From the NCBI GenBank assembly GCA_965218795.1, contig OZ244653.1, positions 3,872,001 through 3,936,000 of the forward strand: a stretch of 64,000 bases of DNA. Reading direction: 5' to 3'. How positions within the stretch are numbered: position 1 is the first letter of the stretch; each line of letters opens with the position of its first letter. The notes beneath the pieces are model-generated. The model searched no databases. It was not told where the DNA came from and saw nothing but the letters and a program-made list of their open reading frames with translations. This DNA is from a bacterium. GTDB lineage: Bacteria; UBA8248; JACPRG01; G963555815. Position numbers and translations under genes: made by a program. Shown piece by piece: positions 29,582 to 42,637 of this stretch.

Positions 29582-30784
29582 ATGAACAGATTGGTTTCAA
29601 AATGGGTTTTCCGGAGACTCCGTGCGTTTTTGGCGGCGCTCCCCGTTTTTCTCCTGCTCTGCTCTCAGGCAAACGCTGAACCGCCGGACGGCTCGGCGGA
29701 CAAGTTCTATGTCAGGGCGGGCGGCGGCGTTTTTTTTCTGGACCTTCCAGAGTCGAGCCCGTTTATCAGGACAAACGGCGCCGAAGAGGCCGTCGCTTTC
29801 CTCGAGCACTACGACGCGTCCTATCGGGCCGGGCCGCTGGTCAGTCTTGCGGTCGGCGGCGAATACAAAGCCTTCGGGCGCAGTCTTTTCACCGAGGCGA
29901 GCGGTTTCCACACTTCCCACAGCTCCAGGCATGTCAACGTACACAGCTCGCCCACCGAACCCTGGACGGACGTAGAGACGACTTATATGGACACGTACTG
30001 CCAAGGGATATCACCAGAAGAATGTTCCTTTACACCGGCCAGAGAGCAGGGGTTAGTGCGTTTGGTAGAAACCGATCCGCACGTCAGATCTGTTGGTTGG
30101 ATTGGAGCGATAGATGGAAAGGCGTTGGATTTCGGCACGCCCAATTTCGCCTGGGGCGATCCCATACGCATCACGACGGAAAGGGACGTGAAATTCTGGG
30201 GCGGCGATTTTGTTACCGGAATTTCCTTCGGCCTGGAAGGGCAGCGCAAAGTCTCTCTTTTTATCGGTCCAAGCTTCAAGAGGCTGCGTCAGGCGTTCGA
30301 TATTTTCGCCTATGAGTCCAACAGGGACCCGAACGTCAACCATATGACGCTGAAAGAGGAGCTGAAAGCCTCGTATTACGGCGGCGTTGTCGGCATCCGC
30401 CTTGACGTTCCGTTCAAAGAGCGCTGGAAGCTCACGATAGACGGCGAATTGGGGGGATATTACCTTGATTCCGAATATGAGGGACGCCAGAGAACTTTCC
30501 TGTCGTCGTTGGATTCGACTCTGGATGTGTCCACCGATTCGAAATTCAATGATTCAAACGCCGCCGTGTCATTCAGTTTTCAACCGTCGCTGAGCGTCAC
30601 GTTCCTTGAAAGCCTGACATTTCAGGCAGGGGCCGGAATTGAATATCTGTCTCGTGCTCCGGTTATACGCTACGCGAGCCTGGGAGAAAGTTTTCAATCC
30701 GGAGTTCGCCACGCTCCGGTGCGTATAGAGTATTCGAGAGCGTTCGGAGTTCTCAGCACATTTTCCATCACCTATGAGTTTTGA
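29582..30784 (+). CDS. Hypothetical outer-membrane beta-barrel protein
   Basis: Signal peptide (ANA), alternating beta-strand pattern, C-terminal SITYEF. Confidence 0.65.
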   Translation: MNRLVSKWVFRRLRAFLAALPVFLLLCSQANAEPPDGSADKFYVRAGGGVFFLDLPESSPFIRTNGAEEAVAFLEHYDASYRAGPLVSLAVGGEYKAFGRSLFTEASGFHTSHSSRHVNVHSSPTEPWTDVETTYMDTYCQGISPEECSFTPAREQGLVRLVETDPHVRSVGWIGAIDGKALDFGTPNFAWGDPIRITTERDVKFWGGDFVTGISFGLEGQRKVSLFIGPSFKRLRQAFDIFAYESNRDPNVNHMTLKEELKASYYGGVVGIRLDVPFKERWKLTIDGELGGYYLDSEYEGRQRTFLSSLDSTLDVSTDSKFNDSNAAVSFSFQPSLSVTFLESLTFQAGAGIEYLSRAPVIRYASLGESFQSGVRHAPVRIEYSRAFGVLSTFSITYEF

Positions 30785-31229
30785 CAGGGGTTCCCGCCGA
30801 ATCCTCTCCTGAATAAGGCGCCAGGGGCGCCCCTCGTGGGCGCTGGGCCGGGTTGCAGCCGCGCCCTCCCTGCTCGGAGGCGCGGGGACGTGCCTCATGG
30901 CGCCCCGGAACCTCCTCGCGCGCGGATGTCTTCGGCCTCTCCTTCGGTATAGGCTCCGGTAACGGCGCCGCTGTCTTCCGGCAGTTCACTGCTTTCCGGC
31001 TTGTCGATTGCGGTCTCAGCATCTCTCGCCATCTCCCTGCTTCTCCATCGGACAAGCCTTCGACGAGGGAGTCCGCATCTGCCTGGCTTATACCTCCGCC
31101 GCAAATCACTCCCGACAGCTCGCTTTCTTTGCCTGTCCGATTCCTGATGCGTTCCGTAAAAGTCATCAAGAGATCGCTACTTCCGTCCCCTTGCAGGCGT
31201 GTCCCGTCAAGAGCCGCCCCTTGCAGATG

Positions 31230-31453
31230 CGGTCCGGACCCATCATCTCATCGCGTTCCGGCAGGCTTGGAAACGGTTCGAGGAAGCCATCCCCGGACCG
31301 GTGAGATTGGGTTCCACAGCAGGAACTGCGTACGGTGCTGAACGGGATGACCAAGCCATGCAGGGCATGATACTCGGCGATGTCCCGGATTTCGGATGGG
31401 CCATGGAACAGCTTCATCGCGCCGAAGCCGCGATCAACGGAATCCAGCCTTAA
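31230..31453 (+). pseudogene. C-terminal remnant of an AbiEii-like nucleotidyltransferase toxin
   Basis: LIAFRQAWKRFEEAIPG..AMQGMILGDVPDF..LHRAEAAIN resembles AbiEii C-termini; no N-terminus is present. Confidence 0.5.
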
Positions 31454-31505
31454 AAGAAACCCTCAAATCCGACATGGCATGGGTATCGTTCAGGGGCGTA
31501 CCAGC

Positions 31506-31606
31506 TTGACTCATCCATTCTTCGAACAGCCTGTGCTCAATTCGCCTTACGAGCGCCCGAGCCGGCACTGGGAACTGGACGAGAGGGGGCATCCGGCCCA
31601 AAGGCT
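31506..31606 (+). pseudogene. N-terminal remnant of a type III restriction (Res) subunit
   Basis: THPFFEQPVLNSPYERPSRHWELDERGHP is a characteristic Res N-terminus; similarity ends after ~33 codons. Confidence 0.65.
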
Positions 31607-31785
31607 CACGTCCGGGTCTCCGGGTCAGCAGGTTTTTCTCGGGAGATACCTACCGGAGCGAGCCGGATGGCGGAAGGGTCGGCAGGCATCATCCACGGGT
31701 CATCCATCGCAGGACTGGCCAGCGAAGCCAATCTTGCCTTTTGACCTGTTTGCGGCCTATATTCAGTCCGCAAAGGAGGTGACTC

Positions 31786-32061
31786 ATGAAACTGTCCAGC
31801 CGGATCAAGCCGATCAGTTACCTCAAGGCCCACGCCGCTGAGATCGTGCGCACGCTTGGGGACCGGCGGGAACCCTTGATCATCACCCAGAACGGCGAAG
31901 CCAAGGTGGTCATGCAGGATATCGACAGCTACGAGCAGACGCAGGAGACCGTTGCGCTGCTCAAGATCCTCGCGCTGGGCAGCCGCCGGATCGAAGCGGG
32001 TCAGGTGCAACCCGCCGCCGATGTCATCGCGCGGCTTCGGGAGCGGCGACGGGCTCGTTGA
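31786..32061 (+). CDS. Phd/YefM family antitoxin
   Basis: IKPISYLKAHAAE..PLIITQNGEAKVV; AGGAGG RBS. Confidence 0.9.
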   Translation: MKLSSRIKPISYLKAHAAEIVRTLGDRREPLIITQNGEAKVVMQDIDSYEQTQETVALLKILALGSRRIEAGQVQPAADVIARLRERRRAR

Positions 32062-32387
32062 TGTCCTTCCCGGTTCAGTTGACCGATGACGCGGCGCGCG
32101 ACCTGGAGGAGATCTGCGATTACATCGATCGGCGCGATGCGCCGGGCCGGACGGAGCGCGTGCTGGAGCAGATCGAAAAGGCGTTCCGCAGCCTGTCCGA
32201 GTATCCCCAACGCGGGAACTGCCCGATGGAATTGCTGGACATCGGGATTCGGGAGTACCGAGAGATCCTCTTCAAGCCCTACCGCATCATCTACCGGGTG
32301 ATGGAAAACAACGTCTATGTGCTCGTGATCGCCGATGGACGGCGTGACATGCAGACGTTGCTGCAGCGGCGCTTGCTGCAGGCGTAA
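32061..32387 (+). CDS. RelE/ParE family toxin
   Basis: AARDLEEICDYI..YPQRG..YREI..PYRIIYRV; overlaps the antitoxin stop. Confidence 0.9.
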   Translation: MSFPVQLTDDAARDLEEICDYIDRRDAPGRTERVLEQIEKAFRSLSEYPQRGNCPMELLDIGIREYREILFKPYRIIYRVMENNVYVLVIADGRRDMQTLLQRRLLQA

Positions 32388-32829
32388 GCTCCGCTCCGCG
32401 CCTGTCCCAAACCGCGGATCTTCTATAGCCAATCGGTCAGAAAGCGACAGGGACCCCGCTCACCGGCTCCCGCCGCGCTTTCGACTACCTGCAAGATCTG
32501 GGTCGGCCTGAAGCGTCACCGGGGCCTCTCGGTGGACGCCGTGGAGAGCCGGTTCCTGGCCGCCAGCGAGCGCCTTGCTACCAAATGAATACGCAGAAGG
32601 TGTACGCTTGTGTCTTGCACAGGGATTTGGACAACTGTTCGGTGAACATGTGCAGATAAAGCAGTCTAGGCCGATTCGACTTGAACCGAAGATGGGGGGC
32701 GGAATGAAAAAAGAAGCGTCTCGGATAAGCCTGTATCGGCTTGACTACGCGAACTATTTACCAATTCCTTTTGGGCTGAAAGGCCTCGCCGTATTTCTAA
32801 AGGCTGTATTCCGGTGTCATCAGGTAATC

Positions 32830-34395
32830 GTGAAGGTTCGTAAGAGGTGGACTTTACGAAAGGTACTAGCTGAACTCCTTGTTGCTGGAAGCATTGTTGG
32901 ACTCACTGCGTGCGCGAATCTCAATACGATTGACCGAGCCACGCAGCTGCCAGGTGCAAAAAGCAGCACTGGGAAAGCCGTCCATCTGGACATCCAGCAG
33001 CGTCTTCTGATTGTTAATCATTTAGGCAAGTATTGCGCGGAGCCGAGCCCCGACGCACTTGCCGCTTTTGCCGCCGAAGTCGGTGTTAGTGCAGGCCAAC
33101 CAGACCACCAAGCTCTCAGTGCCATCATCGGCGGACAGAGCTCAACGGCAGGTGTGGGCCTTCGCACGCAGTCCATAACCTTGATGCGCGACGCGTTATT
33201 CCGCATGTGTGAGGCATATGTGAACGACGCTCTGGGTCCCGCCCAAGTCGCAGCGCTGTTGCAGCGCAGCCAAGATCTCACGGCAGTAATCCTCGCGGTC
33301 GAGCAGCTCACAGGCGCTGTTGTGGCTAATCAGACATCGCTGACCGGCTCAACGACTGCCGACGCGTCGGCGACTGCGCTCGCGACAGCAAATCTACTTG
33401 AGCAAGCTTTGGCCGCCGAGGATAGGCGGCAACAAGAGCTCGAACAGGCCCAAGCTGAACTGATAACCGCCGAGGCCGAGCGTGATGCGGCGGCTCAAGC
33501 ATTGAGCGAGGCTGGTAGTGACCAGCTGCCCGGTAGCTCCACCGAACAGGACAACAAAGAGGATACGAACACCAAAGTGGCATCTAAGAAGGCGGAGAGC
33601 AAACGTGCCAGCCTCGCATTCATGAATGCGGAACAGCGCGTCGCGCTTCGGAAAAAATGGCTGGAACATGCCCGGCGCACCCGCGAAAAAATCGAGAGTA
33701 ATCAGGATGCCGCCATAGCCGATTTGTCCGTCTCAATCAGCAGCGACGCCCAGTTCAGCAATCCCGCCCAGCGAGTTCAGCTTGACAAGGCCGTGTCAGA
33801 GCAAGTCGTGAAATCAGTCGAAAAGATGGTCACGAAAGTTCTCGAAAAAGACTACACGGTCGAATCCTGTATGGCGATTATTTCCACTGTATCCAGCAAC
33901 AAATCGGTTAATGAAACAGTTCATCTCGAGAAAACAAAGGACCTCTGCTTACAGCTTATGCAGAAAAAGGTGGAAGAACGTACTAAAGCTATCACGTACG
34001 GATACGACGATTTATCCACCGTTATTGATGTGTGGCTAAAGAAGAACGAAGGCAACAGAGAGCTTCTGCGTACTTGGCTCAGGGAAAACGGCTATGATAT
34101 CCGTGTCTCTGCTCTTTTGATTGGAAAGCACAGAGAGTTACGCAAAAAAGTCATCGAACACTTCAAGATTGCGGCTATCACATCCCCGGACAAACCCGCC
34201 GACAAGCCGGATGAAGAGCCTGCTGACAATTCAAATGACCTTATCGACGCGTGGTTAAAGGAAGGCGAAAACAACAGGGAGCTTTTGCGTACTTGGCTCG
34301 AGAAAAATGGCCATGATATCCGTGTCTCCGCTCTTTTGGTTGGAAAGCACGGAGGGTTACGCAAAAAGATCATCGAACACTTCAAGATTCCATGA
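32830..34395 (+). CDS. Hypothetical lipoprotein with coiled coil and duplicated ~50-aa C-terminal domain
   Basis: Lipobox LTAC; YCAEPSPDA..RTQSITLMRDALFRMCEAYVN; C-terminal tandem repeat. Start uncertain (the ORF opens at 32575). Confidence 0.7.
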   Translation: MKVRKRWTLRKVLAELLVAGSIVGLTACANLNTIDRATQLPGAKSSTGKAVHLDIQQRLLIVNHLGKYCAEPSPDALAAFAAEVGVSAGQPDHQALSAIIGGQSSTAGVGLRTQSITLMRDALFRMCEAYVNDALGPAQVAALLQRSQDLTAVILAVEQLTGAVVANQTSLTGSTTADASATALATANLLEQALAAEDRRQQELEQAQAELITAEAERDAAAQALSEAGSDQLPGSSTEQDNKEDTNTKVASKKAESKRASLAFMNAEQRVALRKKWLEHARRTREKIESNQDAAIADLSVSISSDAQFSNPAQRVQLDKAVSEQVVKSVEKMVTKVLEKDYTVESCMAIISTVSSNKSVNETVHLEKTKDLCLQLMQKKVEERTKAITYGYDDLSTVIDVWLKKNEGNRELLRTWLRENGYDIRVSALLIGKHRELRKKVIEHFKIAAITSPDKPADKPDEEPADNSNDLIDAWLKEGENNRELLRTWLEKNGHDIRVSALLVGKHGGLRKKIIEHFKIP

Positions 34396-34415
34396 TTACA
34401 TTAGGAGACAAAGAC

Positions 34416-34559
34416 ATGAGCTCAACGAGCGAACACACGGTGGAAGCAAGAGACGTTGAAAATACCGTGAGAATCATGCGAGAGGATGGGGCTACAAAAA
34501 TCGTAATTACGAAGAACTCTGACAGTACGTTCGACGTGACCGCCACATTTCCGGATTAA
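34416..34559 (+). CDS. Small protein (47 aa), absent from the ORF track
   Basis: AGGAG RBS; MSSTSEHTVEARDVENTVRIMREDGATKIVITKNSDSTFDVTATFPD; 20 nt after the lipoprotein stop. Confidence 0.6.
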   Translation: MSSTSEHTVEARDVENTVRIMREDGATKIVITKNSDSTFDVTATFPD

Positions 34560-34904
34560 GCACATACAATCTAGCGCGGAAAGTGGGCGGTGCCGGTCGG
34601 CGAGTCGGAAACGTCGAGTACTGGCCTATAGGCTAGCTAGAAGCCACGGTGCTTACTAGCATTCGGTCGATTTGATGAAGTCTACGCGGATGGGGGCACT
34701 CAGTTCCGAATGCAGCGAATGTCGTAGGTCCGCATGTTGGCGCGACCGACTCTCGCGGTCGAGCGCCGGCGGTCAGACTGTCAGGTGATTACCGTCTCAA
34801 TACATGAACGGAGCGCATGTGGAAGGCGAGGCCGAAGTCCTTGGCCAGCCGGTTGAGGGCGATGTAAAGGTCACGCGCCAGGCCGTCCCCTTTCCCCGCC
34901 TGCG

Positions 34905-35070
34905 ATTCCTGCTTGCGCAGGAATGACAACCAGAACCATGCCGATCCCCCAGCGATCCCGCCCCCTACGGTTTCAGGCGGGGGTCATTCCCGCGGGGACA
35001 AGCTCCGCAGGAATGACAAACGAGGCTCGCGCACAACAGCCTGTTATTCCTGCGCAAGCAGGGATCCACA
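34905..35070. repeat. REP/dRS3-like mosaic cluster
   Basis: ATTCCTGCTTGCGCAGGAATGAC, with spacers shared with 18705-18812. Confidence 0.7.
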
Positions 35071-35203
35071 ACACTCGGGAACAGGCCCCGCCCTGTCCGT
35101 TCTTCTCTCGCGCCTGCCAGCGGACAAAAACGGACGTCACTCCTCCAGCGAAGGGCGGGCGACGTCCGCTTGTCAATGCTACGAAACCGATGCTCCCGTT
35201 CGC

Positions 35204-36289
35204 TTACTCCTTGTACTCGAAGACAGGGGCCTTCCGCGGACCGCGTTTGGGGAGCTTGATTCCGGGCAGATAGGCGTTCGTGTAGAGATCGGACGGCTTG
35301 GGCTTGTCCTTCATCTTGAGGGGCTTGGCCAGAAAATCGATGGTTTGCTGCCACTTTTCATCCGTCATCCCGCCCAGGCCCTTGGCCCGGCCGCTTTTCG
35401 TGTACCACAGGTCGCCCGTCACATCCCAGACCTCCCGGTTCGGGGCCTTGCTGCAGGTCGGGCATTTCTTCATCAGGTACTCGATGGCTTCGTCCGGGTG
35501 CGCGAGGGCGTAGGCGATGCCGCGAATGGAGGCCTTGAGAAACTTCCGCACTTCCTCGCCCCGCGCCTCGAGGGTCTTGTCCAACGCCGCGACGCCGGCG
35601 CCGTAGATATTCAAGCCCTCGTTGATAAGAGGGACGAAATGGATCTCTTTGCCGCGCTGCTTCGCTTTTCTGGAAAGGATGCCGTACTGCGTGACGAAGC
35701 CGGTCGAGGCCAGATACGAGCCCGCCAGCATCCCGGCGTCCCGTGCGGCGGGCGTGGTGTTCACGAACTTGACTTTGCTCAGATCGTATCCCTTGATGCC
35801 GAACAGGAGCTTGATGCTGGGCCAGATGGCGTCATTCTCGGGCGCCCCGATGCTCTTCCCTTCCAAATCCTTGAGCGAGTTGATCCCCCGGTCCTTGGTG
35901 GTCCAGATGGTCAGGGGCGGGATGTCGTGATTCATGAAGACCATCTTGGATTTGACCCCTTTTTTCAGGGCGATGAGCTGGGAGATCGGCGGAATGGCGC
36001 CTCCCAGGGTATATGAACCGGCAGCGACCTTGGTCATGGTGTCTCCGCCGCCGAATCCACGGATGATCTTGACGTTGCTGAGCTCCTCCTCCTGGTAGAA
36101 TCCCTTGTCCTGGGCGGTCAGCCACCCCAAATCCCGCCCGTAGAACACCCAGCCGATGCTGAACACGAAGTCCTTCTTCTGGGCCTGGGCCACCGGCGCC
36201 CACAGCCCGGCGACCAGGGTCAAGGCCAGGAGTCCGGCCACGCAAAGGAAGAACCCCCGGCGAATGATTGAGACTTTTGGAGCGCGCAT
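35204..36289 (-). CDS. NMT1/THI5-like ABC substrate-binding protein (orphan)
   Basis: Signal peptide (AQA), AQDKGFY.EE, GINSLKDLEGKSIG, DLYTNAYLP. Confidence 0.8.
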   Translation of the reverse strand: MRAPKVSIIRRGFFLCVAGLLALTLVAGLWAPVAQAQKKDFVFSIGWVFYGRDLGWLTAQDKGFYQEEELSNVKIIRGFGGGDTMTKVAAGSYTLGGAIPPISQLIALKKGVKSKMVFMNHDIPPLTIWTTKDRGINSLKDLEGKSIGAPENDAIWPSIKLLFGIKGYDLSKVKFVNTTPAARDAGMLAGSYLASTGFVTQYGILSRKAKQRGKEIHFVPLINEGLNIYGAGVAALDKTLEARGEEVRKFLKASIRGIAYALAHPDEAIEYLMKKCPTCSKAPNREVWDVTGDLWYTKSGRAKGLGGMTDEKWQQTIDFLAKPLKMKDKPKPSDLYTNAYLPGIKLPKRGPRKAPVFEYKE

Positions 36290-36541
36290 TTTTCCCCTCC
36301 TGGCTCTGGCGGATACGTTCACGAATTCTCTTGTGCCCCAAGCATTGGGACCAGTCCGATCCCCAAGCCCGATTCATGATCCCCGGAGTGCCGGAACCAC
36401 GCTCGAACGCCCACGGTCCCAACGGATCTTTCGAACTCCGGATGGACATGAAACCGACCTGCTGCGCGGCCCGGGTATTGGTCGATCATTTTCACGGCAA
36501 CGCAGCGGCGATCCAACGGAAAAGGCGGGGCCGCCGGTCCC

Positions 36542-37510
36542 CTAGAAGTGGTACTTCAGGCTCACGCTGACCCCGAACATTTCGATGTCGTCTGTCTTGA
36601 GCCCACCCGACACCGGCTCGCTCAAGTCTCTGCGCAGATTGGGCGGGTGACTGCGCAGCAGATCCGCGACGGAGTCACTCTCGCTGAAGGAATCGAAATT
36701 GACCCAGCGCCCCTTGACCCCCAGGGTGATCGATTCGGTGAGCGCGTAGTCCAACCCGAACAGTACCTGGTAGCCGAACAACGTGTTGGAAAACTCGGTT
36801 TCCTGACTGCTGGTGCTTCCGGCAAGGTTCCGGCGAATCTCGTCCTCGTTAGGCAACCCGGCGCCCGTTGCAATCGCGTTGGGGTCGGGGTTCCGTGCCC
36901 ACAGAAAGCCGTAGTCCATGTCGGTAAAACCTACGCCAACGCCAAACCCGACGTAGGGCGTGAACCGGCTGCTGTTCAGGAAGTCGAAGTATAGGTTCCC
37001 GAACAGATTGTGCGAGGTGATGCTGCCTACGCGGTCCACGGCCGTTACAATTTCCTGGCTCAGCTTGTCGCCGCTGGCCCCGCCGGCGTCGAGAACGTCG
37101 GAGTTCTGGTTGTATTCGGTGTTGCGGTAGAAATATTCCAGTTCGAGGCGAAACCGGCCCCACACACGGTCCGGAAATTTATCCCGTAGTCGATAGCCCA
37201 GCGCCGCTCCGGTCAGGATACCCTGGGCACTGTCAAACTCGTTCTCCCAGTCGTCGCCCCGACCGCGATGCGGACCCGTACAGTTGTAGTTCTCGTACCC
37301 CGCAGTTTGCGTGACCGTCGCGAACAACGGATTGATGAACTCGTCACACACGCTGGCCCGGTCGTTGGACGTGCCGGTTATATCCAGGTCCGGGGCGAAG
37401 TTGGCTCCCAACTCGATGCTCAGGTAAAACCCCGAACCCGCCTGCGCCAGGCTTGGCGCAAAAGCCCATGTTGCGATGACGCAAATCAAAAATGAAATAA
37501 AACGTTTCAT
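36542..37510 (-). CDS. Outer-membrane beta-barrel protein (OmpA/opacity-like fold)
   Basis: Signal peptide, FRLELEYFYR, NLYFDF..FTPYVGFGVG, C-terminal SLKYHF. Confidence 0.8.
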   Translation of the reverse strand: MKRFISFLICVIATWAFAPSLAQAGSGFYLSIELGANFAPDLDITGTSNDRASVCDEFINPLFATVTQTAGYENYNCTGPHRGRGDDWENEFDSAQGILTGAALGYRLRDKFPDRVWGRFRLELEYFYRNTEYNQNSDVLDAGGASGDKLSQEIVTAVDRVGSITSHNLFGNLYFDFLNSSRFTPYVGFGVGVGFTDMDYGFLWARNPDPNAIATGAGLPNEDEIRRNLAGSTSSQETEFSNTLFGYQVLFGLDYALTESITLGVKGRWVNFDSFSESDSVADLLRSHPPNLRRDLSEPVSGGLKTDDIEMFGVSVSLKYHF

Positions 37511-37710
37511 GCGCTTCCCCTACAGTGCTGACAGCATAGAACAGGAACGAAAGAACATCTATACAAACAAGGCGGACTTGAGTCAACGGACGTCGTCGCT
37601 TCGGCGTTTCTGGAAGACGGAATGAGCGCCAGTCTCCTCATTCAATCGTAAGATGCGTCTGACAGAAGCGGGCATGTGCGCCCGCGGTCGAGCCGCACGG
37701 GAGGCGGTTC

Positions 37711-38842
37711 TCAAAAGAACCTCACGGTCACAAAAGCGAGGATCCCGGGAATGACGAAGAACGCCGAGAGGATGTACGCAATCGCCAGGCCCTTTCGCTT
37801 GCTCCCGAGATCGGCGAGCCACTGAGCGCCCATGAGCGGCAGTCCGCGCAGCCAGGGCAGTCCGTAGATCACCACAACGCCCAACAGATTGTAGAGAAAA
37901 TGCGCCAGCGCGATCTGAAGGGCTGCGGTCTGGTTGACGCCGGTGACTACGGTCGCCGCCAGAATCGCGGTGATCGTGGTTCCGATGTTGGCGCCCAGCG
38001 TGAAGGGATACACTTCGTGAAGTCTGAACCCGCCGCTTCCGGCCAGGGGGACCATCAGGCTGGTGGTGGTCGAAGACGACTGCACCAGCACCGTCGCCAC
38101 GGTGCCGGAGAAAATGGCCGAGAGCGGTCCCCGTGCGATGGCGGCATGCATGATCTGGCTCGCTCTTCCGACCATGACTGCCTTGAGCGAGGTTGCAAGG
38201 CGCGCGATCGCGAGCAGGATGATGACCATGCCGATAACGATCAGCGCGACCCCGGCCCAGAGATCGGGCAACGGAGACACCGTGACGGGAAAGAGCCCGC
38301 TCACCGGCTCGACGACGCTGTCCAGGAAATCCAATCCCTTGGCGTCGAGGGAGCCCAAAGCCTCGACGGCGCCCACGAGGGCGCTGCTGAGCTTATCGAG
38401 CAATCCGAACGCGACCTCCAGGGGCAAGAAGATGATGATGCTCAAGAGATTGAACCAATCGTGCACGACCGCCGCCGCGAACGCTCTCCTGCAACTCGTG
38501 AGAGACACCGACATGACCGAAGCTGACCAAAGTGTTGGTGATCGTGGTGCCTAAGTTCGCGCCCATCACCATGGGAATCGCGACCGATACCGGCAAACCG
38601 CCGGCCACCATCCCAACGATGATGGACGTGACGGTACTTGATGACTGGACGAGCGCTGTCGCCATGATACCGAGCAGGACACCGACGAACGGGTTCTTGG
38701 CGAAGGCGAACAACTCTTGGGCGCCGGACCGGCCTCCCGACGCCTGGCTGAAACCGCTGCCCATGACATCGATGGCGACGAGGAGCACATAGACGACCCC
38801 GACCACGACACACCAGTGAGTGAGCTTGTTGGATGAAGTCAT
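37711..38842 (-). pseudogene. Na+/phosphate cotransporter (NptA-like) split by a 1-nt frameshift
   Basis: Two QSSS repeats (ALVQSSSTVTS, VLVQSSSTTTS) and GANLGTT/GANIGTT lie in different frames. Removing one base at ~38492 restores HEFRRAFAAA. Confidence 0.85.
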
Positions 38843-38961
38843 CGATCATTCCCAGGTTCCGCTGGTCGGGCGCTTGTCAACGGTTGATGGATTGAGTATG
38901 GCATTAGTAGAATAATGGTTCAGTGTGACCGTTCATAACCGTGGGCCGAGAGGAGGTGGCC

Positions 38962-39615
38962 ATGCTGAGATTCCCGGAAGAGCTCATGCTGTTCCTCCTC
39001 AAAAATGACGAAGGGGAGTTCGCCTACGTGCTCGATTTGTCGCTCAAGTGCGCGCTTGCGGGCGCGGTCCTGATGGACTTGGCGCTCGAGCACCGGATCG
39101 ATACCGATCTGCACCAGCTGGTCGTCATCGATCCGACGCCCCTTCAGGACGATCTTCTTGACCCGACGCTTGCCCGTATCGTGGAGGCGACGGAGACACG
39201 CGACACCCGCTACTGGATCGAGCAAACCATCGAACATGCCGACGAAATCCGCGAATGCGCGCTTTCCCGCCTCGTCGAACGCGGCATTCTGCGTCGGGAG
39301 GATAACCGGTTTTTTGGGGGGCTGTTCCGGAAACGGCGCTACCCGATCATCGACGACCGGGCCGCCTGGGAGGTGAAGTTGCGGATCATGGGCGTGCTGT
39401 TCAGCGATGAAATTCCGGATCCGCGCGACATCGTCATCATCTGCCTGACGGACGCCTGCGGCGTTCTTAAAGATCTGCTTTCCACCCGGGAACTGAAGCG
39501 CGCGACCGGGCGCATTAAACAGGTGCGCAAAATGGACCTGATCGGCCGGGAGGTCTCGAATGCGATATGGGAGATCGACTCGTCCCTTGTTCCGGCGATG
39601 CAACGGATATTCTAG
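38962..39615 (+). CDS. GPP34 / GOLPH3-VPS74 family protein
   Basis: MLRFPEELMLFLL..ALAGAVLMDLALEHRID..LVERGIL..RRYP; GGAGG RBS. Confidence 0.8.
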   Translation: MLRFPEELMLFLLKNDEGEFAYVLDLSLKCALAGAVLMDLALEHRIDTDLHQLVVIDPTPLQDDLLDPTLARIVEATETRDTRYWIEQTIEHADEIRECALSRLVERGILRREDNRFFGGLFRKRRYPIIDDRAAWEVKLRIMGVLFSDEIPDPRDIVIICLTDACGVLKDLLSTRELKRATGRIKQVRKMDLIGREVSNAIWEIDSSLVPAMQRIF

Positions 39616-39779
39616 GCTCCCGGGCCCAAGGAGAATTTCCGGAGCGATCACGCCCGTTCGTCGAGGAGGATACGCGGGGCCGGGAATTGGCCCACGATGC
39701 CGACCCGTCGCCCCTTCCCCGGCATTGCGCGGACACGCGTGGCTGAGAGCACCGTCCTTCAGCCATCGCGCGCGCCTTC

Positions 39780-39860
39780 TGTGGGAGAAGACCTTGACGC
39801 TTGGCTGTACCGCTACAACACCGAACGACCCCATGCCGGGATATCGAAACCAGGGCCGGA
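39780..39860 (+). pseudogene. Transposase integrase-core C-terminal scrap
   Basis: DLDAWLYRYNTERPHAG resembles the YN..RPH motif of IS481/IS3 transposases. Confidence 0.5.
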
Positions 39861-39994
39861 AGGCCCATTGAAACCATCGATCTATTCGTTAGCCAAGAAG
39901 GTTAAGAACCCCCTACTCCAAAAGGGGGCCTTCTGCTATGATCCGGCATATGGAAGACGCAGACAACACTCAGTAATCATTGGAGGTAAGAACC

Positions 39995-42637
<2,643 letters not shown>

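Noticed and set aside
32470-32572. Possible nuclease C-terminal scrap (KIWVGLKRHRGLSVDAVESRFL)
   Set aside because: Too short and degenerate to assign without a search.
34024-34390. DGR template/variable repeat pair
   Set aside because: Differences include synonymous C/T changes in both directions, both copies are in-frame in one protein, and no reverse transcriptase is in the window.
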